A DNA stretch of 64,000 nucleotides. Source: an uncultured Desulfatitalea sp. (lineage in GTDB: Bacteria; Desulfobacterota; Desulfobacteria; Desulfobacterales; Desulfosarcinaceae). A program made the translations under genes and the position numbers. The notes under the pieces are model-generated. The model was not told the DNA's origin. It saw nothing but the letters and a program-made list of their open reading frames with translations, and did no database searches. Shown here piece by piece: positions 18,025 to 26,757 of the stretch. The stretch lies in assembly GCA_963668675.2 (NCBI GenBank), contig CAXXMB010000002.1, positions 1,632,001-1,696,000 on the forward strand. Reading direction: 5' to 3'. Position 1 is the first letter of the stretch; each line of letters starts with the position of its first letter.

Positions 18025-20829
18025 TTAGTTGGATGTTGATCGTTTCAATCGACCCGAATGGTCATATTCAAAAGCTGTTTCACTGCTCGTGTTCATTTCG
18101 ATATCCACCCACTCTGATTCACTTTGGTTGCCGGCCTCATCCATTAAACAGACTTCAAAAGCATTGGCACCGGGAGACAAGCTAAGCAATGCTTCCCAAT
18201 CCGCCCCTTCTGCTGGAACTAACGCTATGGCATTGATCCACACGGCCGTTCCGGTTTCACGCGTTCCTGTTAATTCAACAACAAATTGAGAGGCAATATT
18301 TTCTGTCGGCCTGACTTGAATCGTTCCGCTATCTACGATACCACCAGTAATGATCGGCTTTTCGGGTGGCTGTGTATCAATAGTAAAGCTAAAGCCATAT
18401 TGAGCGCTGTTGCCATAAATATCAGCCGCCGTAAAACTAACATGGTAGGTATCATCGGCCAGCGGCAGACTGCCGGGTGTAAAAGTGAAAATATCGTCAG
18501 CCTTGATAGTGATGCCAGCAATGGTTTGCTGGCTGCTGTTGACAACCGCAAAGCTCGAAATCACGCTGTTATCATCTACGGTGCTTTGAGGGTCCGCCAA
18601 GGCCACTGAGATCTGCTGAATCTCTTGCAGCTGAGCTCCGTCAATTGGGCTTGTGCTGATCAGAGTCGGTGCAGTGTTGTCGGCAATGGACGATAGGTCG
18701 GCGATGTAGCTATTGTTGGTCTCATTGGTTTCCGCTACCTGATCCTGACTGTCGACTTTGACCTCGATGCTCGGGTTGCCGCTGCTGAATGTCCAGATTT
18801 GCTCGACCTGCACCGCGCCGCCGGCATACATAATCTGGTCCACCGCGGTTGTACCTATGGAGACGCCGTCCACCAGAAAATCCACCGCAAAAGAATCCAC
18901 CACCGGCCCGCTGCCGATATTTTCAATTGTGGCAGTGAACGTCACGCTCTGTCCGAGCAGAAGATTGCCGGCAGGCGATGTAATGACCTGGTTGACGGTC
19001 AGATCGGGTGGATCGCCGTCTGTGGTAAAGGACCAGACTGGTCCAGTGGTTTCGGCACCCTTGTCATCCTTGGCGACCGCTTCCCAATAGTAGGTGACAC
19101 CAGCGATGAGGCCTTCTTTGGTGTGGCTCGGCTGCGTCAGGTCGGACTCGGCCAGCTGCAGACTTTCTGCCGATGCGCCCCAGTACAAATCGTAAGTGAC
19201 CATGTCCGTCAGGTCGGGATCGCCGCCGTTCCAGCTCAGGTCAGCACCGTTAGTAATTGAGACGCGCACGGCGGTATCGGCAGGTGTCGGATTGGAGGGT
19301 TCATACGGGGGCTGGTTTTCTCCTGACGAGGTGCATTGGACCTCTTCCGTAGCCCATGGATCGGCGTCCACGCTACCGTAGGTTGCATCACCCGACTGGT
19401 TCGGTCCTGCGCTGTCGCCCCACCAGTTGTTCTCTGCATTCAAGACTTCGAAGCCGCTGTAGTAAATGCCGTAGTTCGTATTGCCGTTGAAATTGTTGCT
19501 GTTCATATCCGGCGGGGGGCTAACTGTCCAATAGATTCCGTTCTGGTTGCCGATCAAATTGTTGCAGGCGATCGTTGCAGTGGCGGATCCGCTTCCTGTG
19601 CCATAGACACCTGCTGTGGCACTATATCGAATCGTCGTATTTAGAACTCGCGGCGATGCCTGGTAAAGATATAGCGAGCCGCTGCTGTACCCGCCGTATT
19701 CTACCGTACAGTGCTCCAGCACGGTAGTGGCATCATCTGTGGTGTTGTAAAACTGGATGTAGTACCAGTCTCCCGGTGCAGGGGTGGCCTGGTTCGACGT
19801 AAATAAAATCGGATTGCCGGCTTCTCCCTGGGCCACCAGCGCCCCCGGATCGCCAGAACTGGCACCGATTATCATACGCTGATACGGATTGAATTTGACC
19901 GTCACCCCAGGCTCGATGGTTAGCGTGGTGATGCCGTCGGTACCGTCTGTCCCCTTGACTGTAATTGTGCCGATTACGGTATAAGGAATGACGGCCGTCC
20001 ATGTGGCATCATGACTGATGGTCCCGGCCGATACCTCCAGATAACTGTCCGCATCCACATCGGTAATGCTGCTACCCGTGACAATGGGGCCAACCATGTC
20101 GGCATATGCTTTGATAGGAAAGCTGTTGTTCTGATGGATGGTGTTGTCAGAAAGGCTCACTGTGCCTGAAGCCAATAGGGATATCCCGCTGCTGACGCTA
20201 CTGCCGTTCACCGCGCCACCAATTGCTCCCGAATAATAAAGATCGTAATTCTGATTGGCACTGAAAGTACAGTCCTCTATGGTCGGTTGGGATGTATTTA
20301 TATTAATACCGTAGCTTTTACTGTTTTGAACGGTAACATTTCGCAATGCGGGTGACGCCTGGTAAAGATATAGCGAGCCGCTGCTGTACCCGCCGTATTC
20401 CACCGTACAATGCTCCAGAACGGTAGTGGCATCATCTGTGGTGTTGTAAAACTGGATGTAGTACCAGTCTCCCGGTGCAGGTGTGGCCTGGTTCGAAGTA
20501 AATAAAATCGGATTACCGGCTTCTCCCTGGGCAACCAGGGCCCCCGGATCGCCAGAGCTGGCGCCGATAGTCATACGCTGATACGGATTGAATTTGACCG
20601 TCACCCCAGGCTCGATGGTTAGCGTGGTGATGCCGTCGGCGCCGTCGGTGCCCTTGACTGTAATAGTGCTGGTAACGATATAGGGGCTCCCGGATAAAGC
20701 CCAAACAGTGTCTGTACTAATCGTGCCGCCCACGGTTGTATCCGCAAATGCTGTAAAGGGCAGCAGCGGATCGAGGAAAAGAGCAACTAACCAGATTGCC
20801 AATAAGCGAAGATTACGAACAGTTATCAT
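18025..20829 (-). CDS. Secreted multidomain protein: duplicated beta-helix-like repeats, FN3-like, CARDB, Ig-like domains, terminal YD motif
   Basis: Signal peptide ...TAFA; TLTIEPGVTVKF repeats; AENNWWG; TYYWEAVAKD...GPVWSFTT; PDLTV...IENIG...ETNETNN; ends FEYDHSGRL. Confidence 0.85.
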   Translation of the reverse strand: MITVRNLRLLAIWLVALFLDPLLPFTAFADTTVGGTISTDTVWALSGSPYIVTSTITVKGTDGADGITTLTIEPGVTVKFNPYQRMTIGASSGDPGALVAQGEAGNPILFTSNQATPAPGDWYYIQFYNTTDDATTVLEHCTVEYGGYSSGSLYLYQASPALRNVTVQNSKSYGININTSQPTIEDCTFSANQNYDLYYSGAIGGAVNGSSVSSGISLLASGTVSLSDNTIHQNNSFPIKAYADMVGPIVTGSSITDVDADSYLEVSAGTISHDATWTAVIPYTVIGTITVKGTDGTDGITTLTIEPGVTVKFNPYQRMIIGASSGDPGALVAQGEAGNPILFTSNQATPAPGDWYYIQFYNTTDDATTVLEHCTVEYGGYSSGSLYLYQASPRVLNTTIRYSATAGVYGTGSGSATATIACNNLIGNQNGIYWTVSPPPDMNSNNFNGNTNYGIYYSGFEVLNAENNWWGDSAGPNQSGDATYGSVDADPWATEEVQCTSSGENQPPYEPSNPTPADTAVRVSITNGADLSWNGGDPDLTDMVTYDLYWGASAESLQLAESDLTQPSHTKEGLIAGVTYYWEAVAKDDKGAETTGPVWSFTTDGDPPDLTVNQVITSPAGNLLLGQSVTFTATIENIGSGPVVDSFAVDFLVDGVSIGTTAVDQIMYAGGAVQVEQIWTFSSGNPSIEVKVDSQDQVAETNETNNSYIADLSSIADNTAPTLISTSPIDGAQLQEIQQISVALADPQSTVDDNSVISSFAVVNSSQQTIAGITIKADDIFTFTPGSLPLADDTYHVSFTAADIYGNSAQYGFSFTIDTQPPEKPIITGGIVDSGTIQVRPTENIASQFVVELTGTRETGTAVWINAIALVPAEGADWEALLSLSPGANAFEVCLMDEAGNQSESEWVDIEMNTSSETAFEYDHSGRLKRSTSN
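19658..20664. repeat. Intragenic ~308-bp near-identical direct duplication (19658-19965 and 20357-20664)
   Basis: Offset 699 bp (233 codons); the ~100-aa blocks are almost identical. Confidence 0.9.
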
Positions 20830-21419
20830 TTGCGGTCCTTTTCTGGGAAAGCATTAACGATATCGCGATACTTCTCGCTCGAATCAAACAAGAGTACGTT
20901 ATCTCAAAACCACAATAAAAGGCGTCGCTATTTCAATTCTCAACAACAGAAAAAGGCAGGGAGACATTTGTTTTTAGATAGTGAGCGCAAAGCTATCGCT
21001 GAGAATGAAGGCCATCGTTGGCCCACTCATCTATTGTTGTGGGTTCTACGAGAGTAAATGCCTTTTTTGCCGTATAACTTTGCTTATCCTATAAAGTCTA
21101 ACGGGTGAATTGGATGGGGGATAATGCTGAACGGATATTCCTATAATACAGGTAGGGTGTCAACAGTAAATTGGTACCCATTGCAGAAGTCAAACAGTAG
21201 CGTTTCTCATGCGGGCACACGAGAAATGGGAAAAAAGCTTTATTTCCAAAAAGTTAACATCGTTTTAAGAAAACCGCTCGTCGCCTAAACTCGACCATTC
21301 GAGTATACTTTTTCTACACGATGTTCTATATAGTTTGAGAAAAAGCAATTGCAGAAACCGATAGAAAGGAACTGATTTCAAAAGGCGGCTTAGAAGTTGT
21401 GATCAATGAGTTGTTATTT

Positions 21420-21902
21420 CTATACTTCTAACGACTTGACCGATACGATGACGCCGTTGTTGTCTGCATAAAGATACTCACCCGGATTGAAGGTCACCCC
21501 ACCGAACGACACCTGCTCGTTCAGCTCCCCCACCCCCTTGCGGACACTTTTGATCGGAATAGTTTTCAAGGCCTGAACACCAACATCCATATTAGCGATC
21601 TCATCCACATCCCGAATGCAGCCGTAGATGATGAGGCCGGCCCAGTTGTTTTGCATGGCTTTGGCAGCCAGCAGATCGCCCAGAAGGGCGCAGCGCAGGG
21701 AGCCGCCGCCGTCGACCACCATGACCCGGCCGTCGCCCGGTTCGGCGACCTGCTGCTTGACGACGGAGTTGTCTTCGAAGCACTTCATGGTGACGATCGG
21801 GCCGCCGAAGGCTTTTCTACCACCGTAGTTGTTGAACATGGGCGCCACCACGCGGACCAGGTCCGGGTGGGCGTCACACAGGTCGGGAGTCGAGATGTTC
21901 AC
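21420..21902 (-). CDS. rraA: RraA family protein (HMG aldolase-like / regulator of RNase E activity)
   Basis: TPDLCD, CFEDNS, VDGGGS..ALLGD, GCIRD, YADNNG; GTG start after AGGAGG. Confidence 0.92.
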   Translation of the reverse strand: MNISTPDLCDAHPDLVRVVAPMFNNYGGRKAFGGPIVTMKCFEDNSVVKQQVAEPGDGRVMVVDGGGSLRCALLGDLLAAKAMQNNWAGLIIYGCIRDVDEIANMDVGVQALKTIPIKSVRKGVGELNEQVSFGGVTFNPGEYLYADNNGVIVSVKSLEV

Positions 21903-21929
21903 TTTTCCTCCTGATAGTACTTCTTTACA

Positions 21930-21960
21930 GTCTGGAGCCGGATCGAGTCCGGCATGACGG
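21930..21960. repeat. Half REP-like element (CCGGCATGACGG family)
   Basis: CTGGAGCCGGATCGAGTCCGGCATGACGG. Confidence 0.7.
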
Positions 21961-22004
21961 AAAATAGAATCGGATACTTTTAGTACGATGACCCTCTGGG
22001 GGCC

Positions 22005-22823
22005 CTATTTCCTTTTGATCCCCACGTGTGCCACAGCGATACCGTTGGTAAAATATTTATAGGTCACCTGTTCGAATCCGATCCCGGTCAGCATCTCGGC
22101 CAGTTCGTCGGGCAAAGGAAACATGCGGATCGTTTCGGGCAGGCAAGCGTAGGATTCGGCCGATCCGGCGATCAGCTCTCCGAGCAGGGGCATGATGTTG
22201 AACGAGTAGAAATCGTAGAGCGCACGGAAGGCCGGGTTGGTCGGCTGGGAGAATTCCAGACAGAGGATCTTGCCACCGGGTTTGAGCACCCGGTGCATTT
22301 CGGTGAAACCGCGTTTGAGATGGGTCAGGTTGCGGATGCCGAAGCCGACCATGGCGGCGTCGAAGTGCTCGTCCGGGAAGCTGATCTGCTCTGCGTCGCC
22401 CTGCACGTAGCCGATGTTGGCCAGCGAGGGGTTGGGATCGATCTTGGGGCGACCGGCGTTGATCATCTCCCAATTGATGTCGTAGATGACCACGCGGCCT
22501 CCGGGGCCGGTTCTGCCCGAGGCGAGGATGGCAAGGTCGCCGGTGCCGCCGCACACGTCCAGGATCTTGTCGCCGCGCTGCGGGTCGAGCATGCGGATGG
22601 CGGCGCGCTTCCAGACGTACTGGATGCCGAAGCTGAGCAGGGTGTTCATGAAATCGTACTTGGGGGCCACGCGGTTGAAGTGGCGGCGGACGGCCTGCAC
22701 CTTCTCGTGCTCCTCGAAGGTGCGGATGCCGAAACGGGCCTTGCCTGTCTCCGATATGTGGTCGTCCAACTGCTCGCGCCGTTTATGGGCGTCAAACCAT
22801 TTGGGGTTTTGCCAGAGGGCCAT
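22005..22823 (-). CDS. ubiE: UbiE/MenG quinone C-methyltransferase
   Basis: YDFMNTLLSFG..WKR, LDVCGGTGD, GFGIRN, RVLKPGG..CLEFS. Confidence 0.93.
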   Translation of the reverse strand: MALWQNPKWFDAHKRREQLDDHISETGKARFGIRTFEEHEKVQAVRRHFNRVAPKYDFMNTLLSFGIQYVWKRAAIRMLDPQRGDKILDVCGGTGDLAILASGRTGPGGRVVIYDINWEMINAGRPKIDPNPSLANIGYVQGDAEQISFPDEHFDAAMVGFGIRNLTHLKRGFTEMHRVLKPGGKILCLEFSQPTNPAFRALYDFYSFNIMPLLGELIAGSAESYACLPETIRMFPLPDELAEMLTGIGFEQVTYKYFTNGIAVAHVGIKRK

Positions 22824-22943
22824 TGGGATTTACTTCCTTCATTGCGAGTTATCTTAAAGCCTGTTCATGCAAAAGAGTTCTCTGTAGGGATTGTTTTCTT
22901 CATTTGATGTCTGTGTGTCTCCAAACAAAACATTCTCTATTTA

Positions 22944-23049
22944 CTTCCCCCCTTTTTCAAAGGGGGGTCAGGGGGGGGGTTTTATGACTTGGGAGTCATG
23001 CTGCACCCGTTGAAATCCCCCTAAATCCCCCTTTGGGAAAGGGGGACTT
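22944..23049. repeat. Palindromic doublet of the CCCCCTTT-n-AAAGGGGG family
   Basis: Two inverted hairpin units around a short spacer; single units at 24087-24118 and 53290-53310. Confidence 0.8.
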
Positions 23050-23082
23050 TTCTAATCTTATAACCTCTTCACCTACGAAAAG

Positions 23083-23784
23083 CTATTCCGGCTTCTTAAA
23101 ATGCATCAGGTAGTTCATCTGCACGCTACCGCACAACCGTGCATACCCCACCACTGGCAGGTAGCGCAAGCCGGAGAGATGGGTTGTCTTCAGGCCGGCC
23201 TCTTCTCCCCATCGCTTCAGCTCTTCGGGCCGTAAGAACTTTTCATAGCGGTGGGTCCCCTTTCTCACGATGCCCATCAAGTATTCGGCTGCCACGATGA
23301 CCAGAAGATAGGCCAGCAGGGTGCGGTTGACCGTCGCGAAGAAGATGTCACCGCCGGGCCGGGCCAGCCGGGCGCAGGCGCGCACCAGGCAGGCCGGGTC
23401 GGGAACGTGCTCGACCAGCTCCATGCAGGTGACCCGGTCGTACTCGCCGCCGCGGTCCCTCGCCCACTCTTCGGCCGTGCCCTCCTGGTAGTCGATCTTC
23501 AGCCCGCTTCCCTCTGCATGGCGCCTTGCCACCTTCAGCGCTTCGCCGACCATGTCGATGCCGGTCACGATGGCGCCCTCCCGGGCCATGGCTTCGGCCA
23601 ACAGGCCACCGCCGCAGCCCACATCGATCACCCGTTTCCCCTTCAGGCCAGCGCGCTGTTTAACATAGCCCAGGCGCACCGGATTGATGTCGTGCAGGGC
23701 CTTGAACTCGCCGCGCGGCTGCCACCATAGATCGGCCATGGCGCCGAATTTGGCTACTTCGTTGGGATCTATGTTTTGGATCAT
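23083..23784 (-). CDS. ubiG: UbiG-family O-methyltransferase
   Basis: NIDPNEVAKF..WW..GEFKALHDINPVRL, DVGCGGGLLAE, CMELVEHVPDP, AEY..GTH.YEKF..P.EL. Confidence 0.9.
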   Translation of the reverse strand: MIQNIDPNEVAKFGAMADLWWQPRGEFKALHDINPVRLGYVKQRAGLKGKRVIDVGCGGGLLAEAMAREGAIVTGIDMVGEALKVARRHAEGSGLKIDYQEGTAEEWARDRGGEYDRVTCMELVEHVPDPACLVRACARLARPGGDIFFATVNRTLLAYLLVIVAAEYLMGIVRKGTHRYEKFLRPEELKRWGEEAGLKTTHLSGLRYLPVVGYARLCGSVQMNYLMHFKKPE

Positions 23785-23942
23785 GCTTTAATGCGTTCAC
23801 TCTGGAGTTTGAAGAGAAGGTTCTCGGTTGGTTCAAAATTCTACCGATCTATCTGTGGCACAATGATCCAATCCCGGAATGCCTTCGCTTTATTGCTTCG
23901 TACTTTCCTACTTGTCTACTTACATCTTTCCTGCTTTTTCCT

Positions 23943-23967
23943 GGGCGGGGATAAACCCCGCCCCTAC
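23943..23967. repeat. GTAG-type REP palindrome
   Basis: GGGCGGGG-ATAAA-CCCCGCCCCTAC; relatives at 44649-44815, 47426-47453, 56490-56517. Confidence 0.75.
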
Positions 23968-24122
23968 ATTTTGGTACCGAGGTCGATAGCCGGTCCTGTG
24001 TACCACGCTTTGCGGGAAGATGGAAAGCGGTTTGGCGCCTGTCTATTTTGCTTGGTAGTTCACGTTGCCCTTTGGGTGGTGCCTGAAAATCCCCCTGCCC
24101 CCTGTTGGAAAAGGGGGAGCGT

Positions 24123-26579
24123 TTATCGTCTGACCAGCAGCAGTGTATTTCCGATGACGGTGAGGCTGCTGAGCAACATGGCGGTGACCGCCACGAGGGG
24201 AGAGAGCAGGCCGGCCATGGCCACAGGGATGCTGACCGCGTTGTATACCAGAGCGCACCACAGGTTCTGGCTCACCTTGCGGTCCACCCGGGCGGCCCAA
24301 TTGAGAAAGTCGAGCAGTTGGGACGGATCGCCTTGCATGAGGGTGACTCCGGCCGCGTGCCGGGCCAAGGGCGATCCGCTGTGAACGGCCACGGCCAGAT
24401 CGGCGCAGGCCAGGGCCGGTGCGTCGTTGACTCCGTCGCCGATCATGGCCACGCGCCGACCCCCGGTCTGAAGCGTTTCGACATAATCGGCCTTCTGCTG
24501 GGGCAAAAGACGCCCCGTGGCATTTTCAATGCCGATGGCTGCGGCCACAGACATTGTCGCCTGAGCGGCGTCGCCCGATAGAAGATGTGGCGTAAGCCCG
24601 CGCCTCTTTAATTGCTGTATCATCTCCGCCATCCCCTCACGGAGGGTGTCGCCAAAGTAAAATCCGGCCTGCACCGTGCCGTCGAGACTCAGTAGCACCA
24701 CGGAGAGGTCCACGGCTGCGTCCGAGGCGTTCTCATCGGCGCCATGGCTGGTCGGGTCCTTTTTGCCTGTGACCAGATGGCCACTGCCGATCTGTGCGAT
24801 TTGGCCCCGATATCTTCCCCTGAGCCCGTCCGGGCATGCCTGGACATCGGTCACCTCCGCGGCCTCCACACCCCGCTGCCCGGCATAGGTGCGCAATGCA
24901 TGGGCGACGGCATGGTCGACGCCGGCCTCCAGGCCCAGGGCAAGGGCAAGGAGGAACGCCTCCGAAAGGTCTCCCTGGCGTTCAATCCGCTCCAGGGTCC
25001 ACTGGCCGCGGGTGACGGTCCCGGTCTTGTCGAACACCACCGTATCGATGCCGCCGGCCTGTTCGAACGCGTCAAAATCCCGGACCAGCAACCCCTGGCG
25101 ACCGGCCCCGGCGATACCGACCACGCGCGCCAGAGGTATGGCGATGCCTAAAGCGCACGGACAGGCGATCACCAAAACGGTCACGGTACGGACCAGGGCC
25201 TGCTCCATGGAGAGCCCTAGAAGATATCCAACAGTTCCCGTGGCCAGGGCCAGAAGCGCGATAATCGGTACAAAAGCAGCCAGCCACCGATCCGTGCGGC
25301 TCTCTAAAGCGGTGCGCTGGGCCAATCCCTTGCGAACGACCGCGATCATCTGTCCGAGCAGGGCCCGGTCGCCCACCTGTTCGGCCCTTACCGTCAGATC
25401 GCCACTGACCACCCGGCTACCGCTGGCAACCCCATCACCCGGTTCAAGGGCCACCGGCTCTGGCTCGCCCGTGATGGCCGATGCATCCAGGCGGCCGCCC
25501 CCCGCAACGATACGCCCATCGGCCGGCACCACCTCCCCAGGGCCGACCTTGAAAAGATCGCCGGCACCCAACTGGTCGATATGCACATAGCGCCCCTTGG
25601 GAAAAGCGTCGCTGCACAAGCGGACCTTGGTGGGCTGCAGGGAGAGAAATCCTTCCAGATCCTGCCGCACCCGCTGCTTGGCCCTGGCTTCGAGCAGTTT
25701 TCCGAGCAGCAGCAGGGTAATCAGCATCGAGGCCGTATCGAAGTATAGGTGCAGGCTTCCGCGCCACCAGTTGACCAGGCTGTAAAGATAGGCGCTGCCG
25801 GCGCCCAGCATGATCAGCACCTCCATGCCCGGCGCGGCGTGGCGCACGCCCGACCACGCTTTGCGCAGGACCGGCCCGCCGCCGTAGGCCATGGCAATGG
25901 TGGCCATGACGAAGATCGGCCAGGAGATGTAGGCGATCCCCTTTGGTGTGAGCTCGGTGAAAAAACCGGAGTAGAGCGACCAGGAGAGCATCATGACATT
26001 GGCCGACAGCAGCGCTGTTATCGCCAGACGCACAAAGTCCCCGCGCAGGGCGTGCTCTCCGGACGAGCCGTCATCGGAGAGCGCCCGATACCCCAGCCGT
26101 TCGATACGCTGCCGTATCTGCACAGGCGCGGTGCGCACCGGATCGTAGCGGCAGCGCAGACGATCGGTGGAGAAATCGCATGCCACCTCCCGAATCCCAT
26201 CGAGACGCTCCAGGGCATGGCCGATCACCCAGGCACAGGCCGGGCACCACATGCCCTCTACCACCGCCTCGAACGCCAGCGTCGCCCGTTCGTCGGATGC
26301 GTCTTGCGCAGCGCCTTTCTCTTCGGCCGCGCGGTTGATCCGCTCCAGATCCTCCTCCGAGGCCGGCACCACGCCGGCGGCCACGCACTCCCGGTAGAGA
26401 TCGCTCTCCTTGAAACGCGACGGATCGGGCGCATCGGCCGCCTCCATGAGCATGGTAAACACCATGCGGCAGCCGGCGCAGCAAAACCGATAGGTCCGGT
26501 CGTCAAACACCTGATCAAACGCATTCGAACGGACCGGCAGCCCACACAGATCGCAGCTTATATGAGAAGAGGTATAGAT
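24123..26579 (-). CDS. Heavy-metal P1B-type ATPase, CcoI/FixI-like architecture; start probably non-canonical (first GTG at 26510)
   Basis: CDLCGLPV...FCCAGC, GMWCPAC, TGE, IACPCALG, DKTGT, GDGVNDAPAL, YN. Confidence 0.92.
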   Translation of the reverse strand: MYTSSHISCDLCGLPVRSNAFDQVFDDRTYRFCCAGCRMVFTMLMEAADAPDPSRFKESDLYRECVAAGVVPASEEDLERINRAAEEKGAAQDASDERATLAFEAVVEGMWCPACAWVIGHALERLDGIREVACDFSTDRLRCRYDPVRTAPVQIRQRIERLGYRALSDDGSSGEHALRGDFVRLAITALLSANVMMLSWSLYSGFFTELTPKGIAYISWPIFVMATIAMAYGGGPVLRKAWSGVRHAAPGMEVLIMLGAGSAYLYSLVNWWRGSLHLYFDTASMLITLLLLGKLLEARAKQRVRQDLEGFLSLQPTKVRLCSDAFPKGRYVHIDQLGAGDLFKVGPGEVVPADGRIVAGGGRLDASAITGEPEPVALEPGDGVASGSRVVSGDLTVRAEQVGDRALLGQMIAVVRKGLAQRTALESRTDRWLAAFVPIIALLALATGTVGYLLGLSMEQALVRTVTVLVIACPCALGIAIPLARVVGIAGAGRQGLLVRDFDAFEQAGGIDTVVFDKTGTVTRGQWTLERIERQGDLSEAFLLALALGLEAGVDHAVAHALRTYAGQRGVEAAEVTDVQACPDGLRGRYRGQIAQIGSGHLVTGKKDPTSHGADENASDAAVDLSVVLLSLDGTVQAGFYFGDTLREGMAEMIQQLKRRGLTPHLLSGDAAQATMSVAAAIGIENATGRLLPQQKADYVETLQTGGRRVAMIGDGVNDAPALACADLAVAVHSGSPLARHAAGVTLMQGDPSQLLDFLNWAARVDRKVSQNLWCALVYNAVSIPVAMAGLLSPLVAVTAMLLSSLTVIGNTLLLVRR

Positions 26580-26599
26580 AGAAAATCTCCAAATCCAGA

Positions 26600-26680
26600 A
26601 TGCCGGATCATAAAAGCCTGCCCCGGACTACGATCCGAGGTCCGGCATGACGGGTTAACGACCTTCTACGAGGTCATCAA
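26600..26680. repeat. REP-like element (CCGGCATGACGG family)
   Basis: TGCCGGATC...CCCCGGACTACGATCCGAGGTCCGGCATGACGG. Confidence 0.65.
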
Positions 26681-26717
26681 AAACAATCACCGCATATGCA
26701 ATCGATAGAATGCCTCA

Positions 26718-26757
26718 ACTTTCATACTTTCTTACTTTCCTACTTTCATACTTTTTT
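26718..26757. repeat. Degenerate 8-bp tandem repeat (ACTTTCnT) x5
   Basis: ACTTTCAT ACTTTCTT ACTTTCCT ACTTTCAT ACTTTTTT; similar tract at 23895-23940. Confidence 0.85.

Noticed and set aside
21171..21186. Sigma54 promoter TGGTAC-CCA-TTGC
   Set aside because: Spacing is 2 nt short of the -24/-12 consensus
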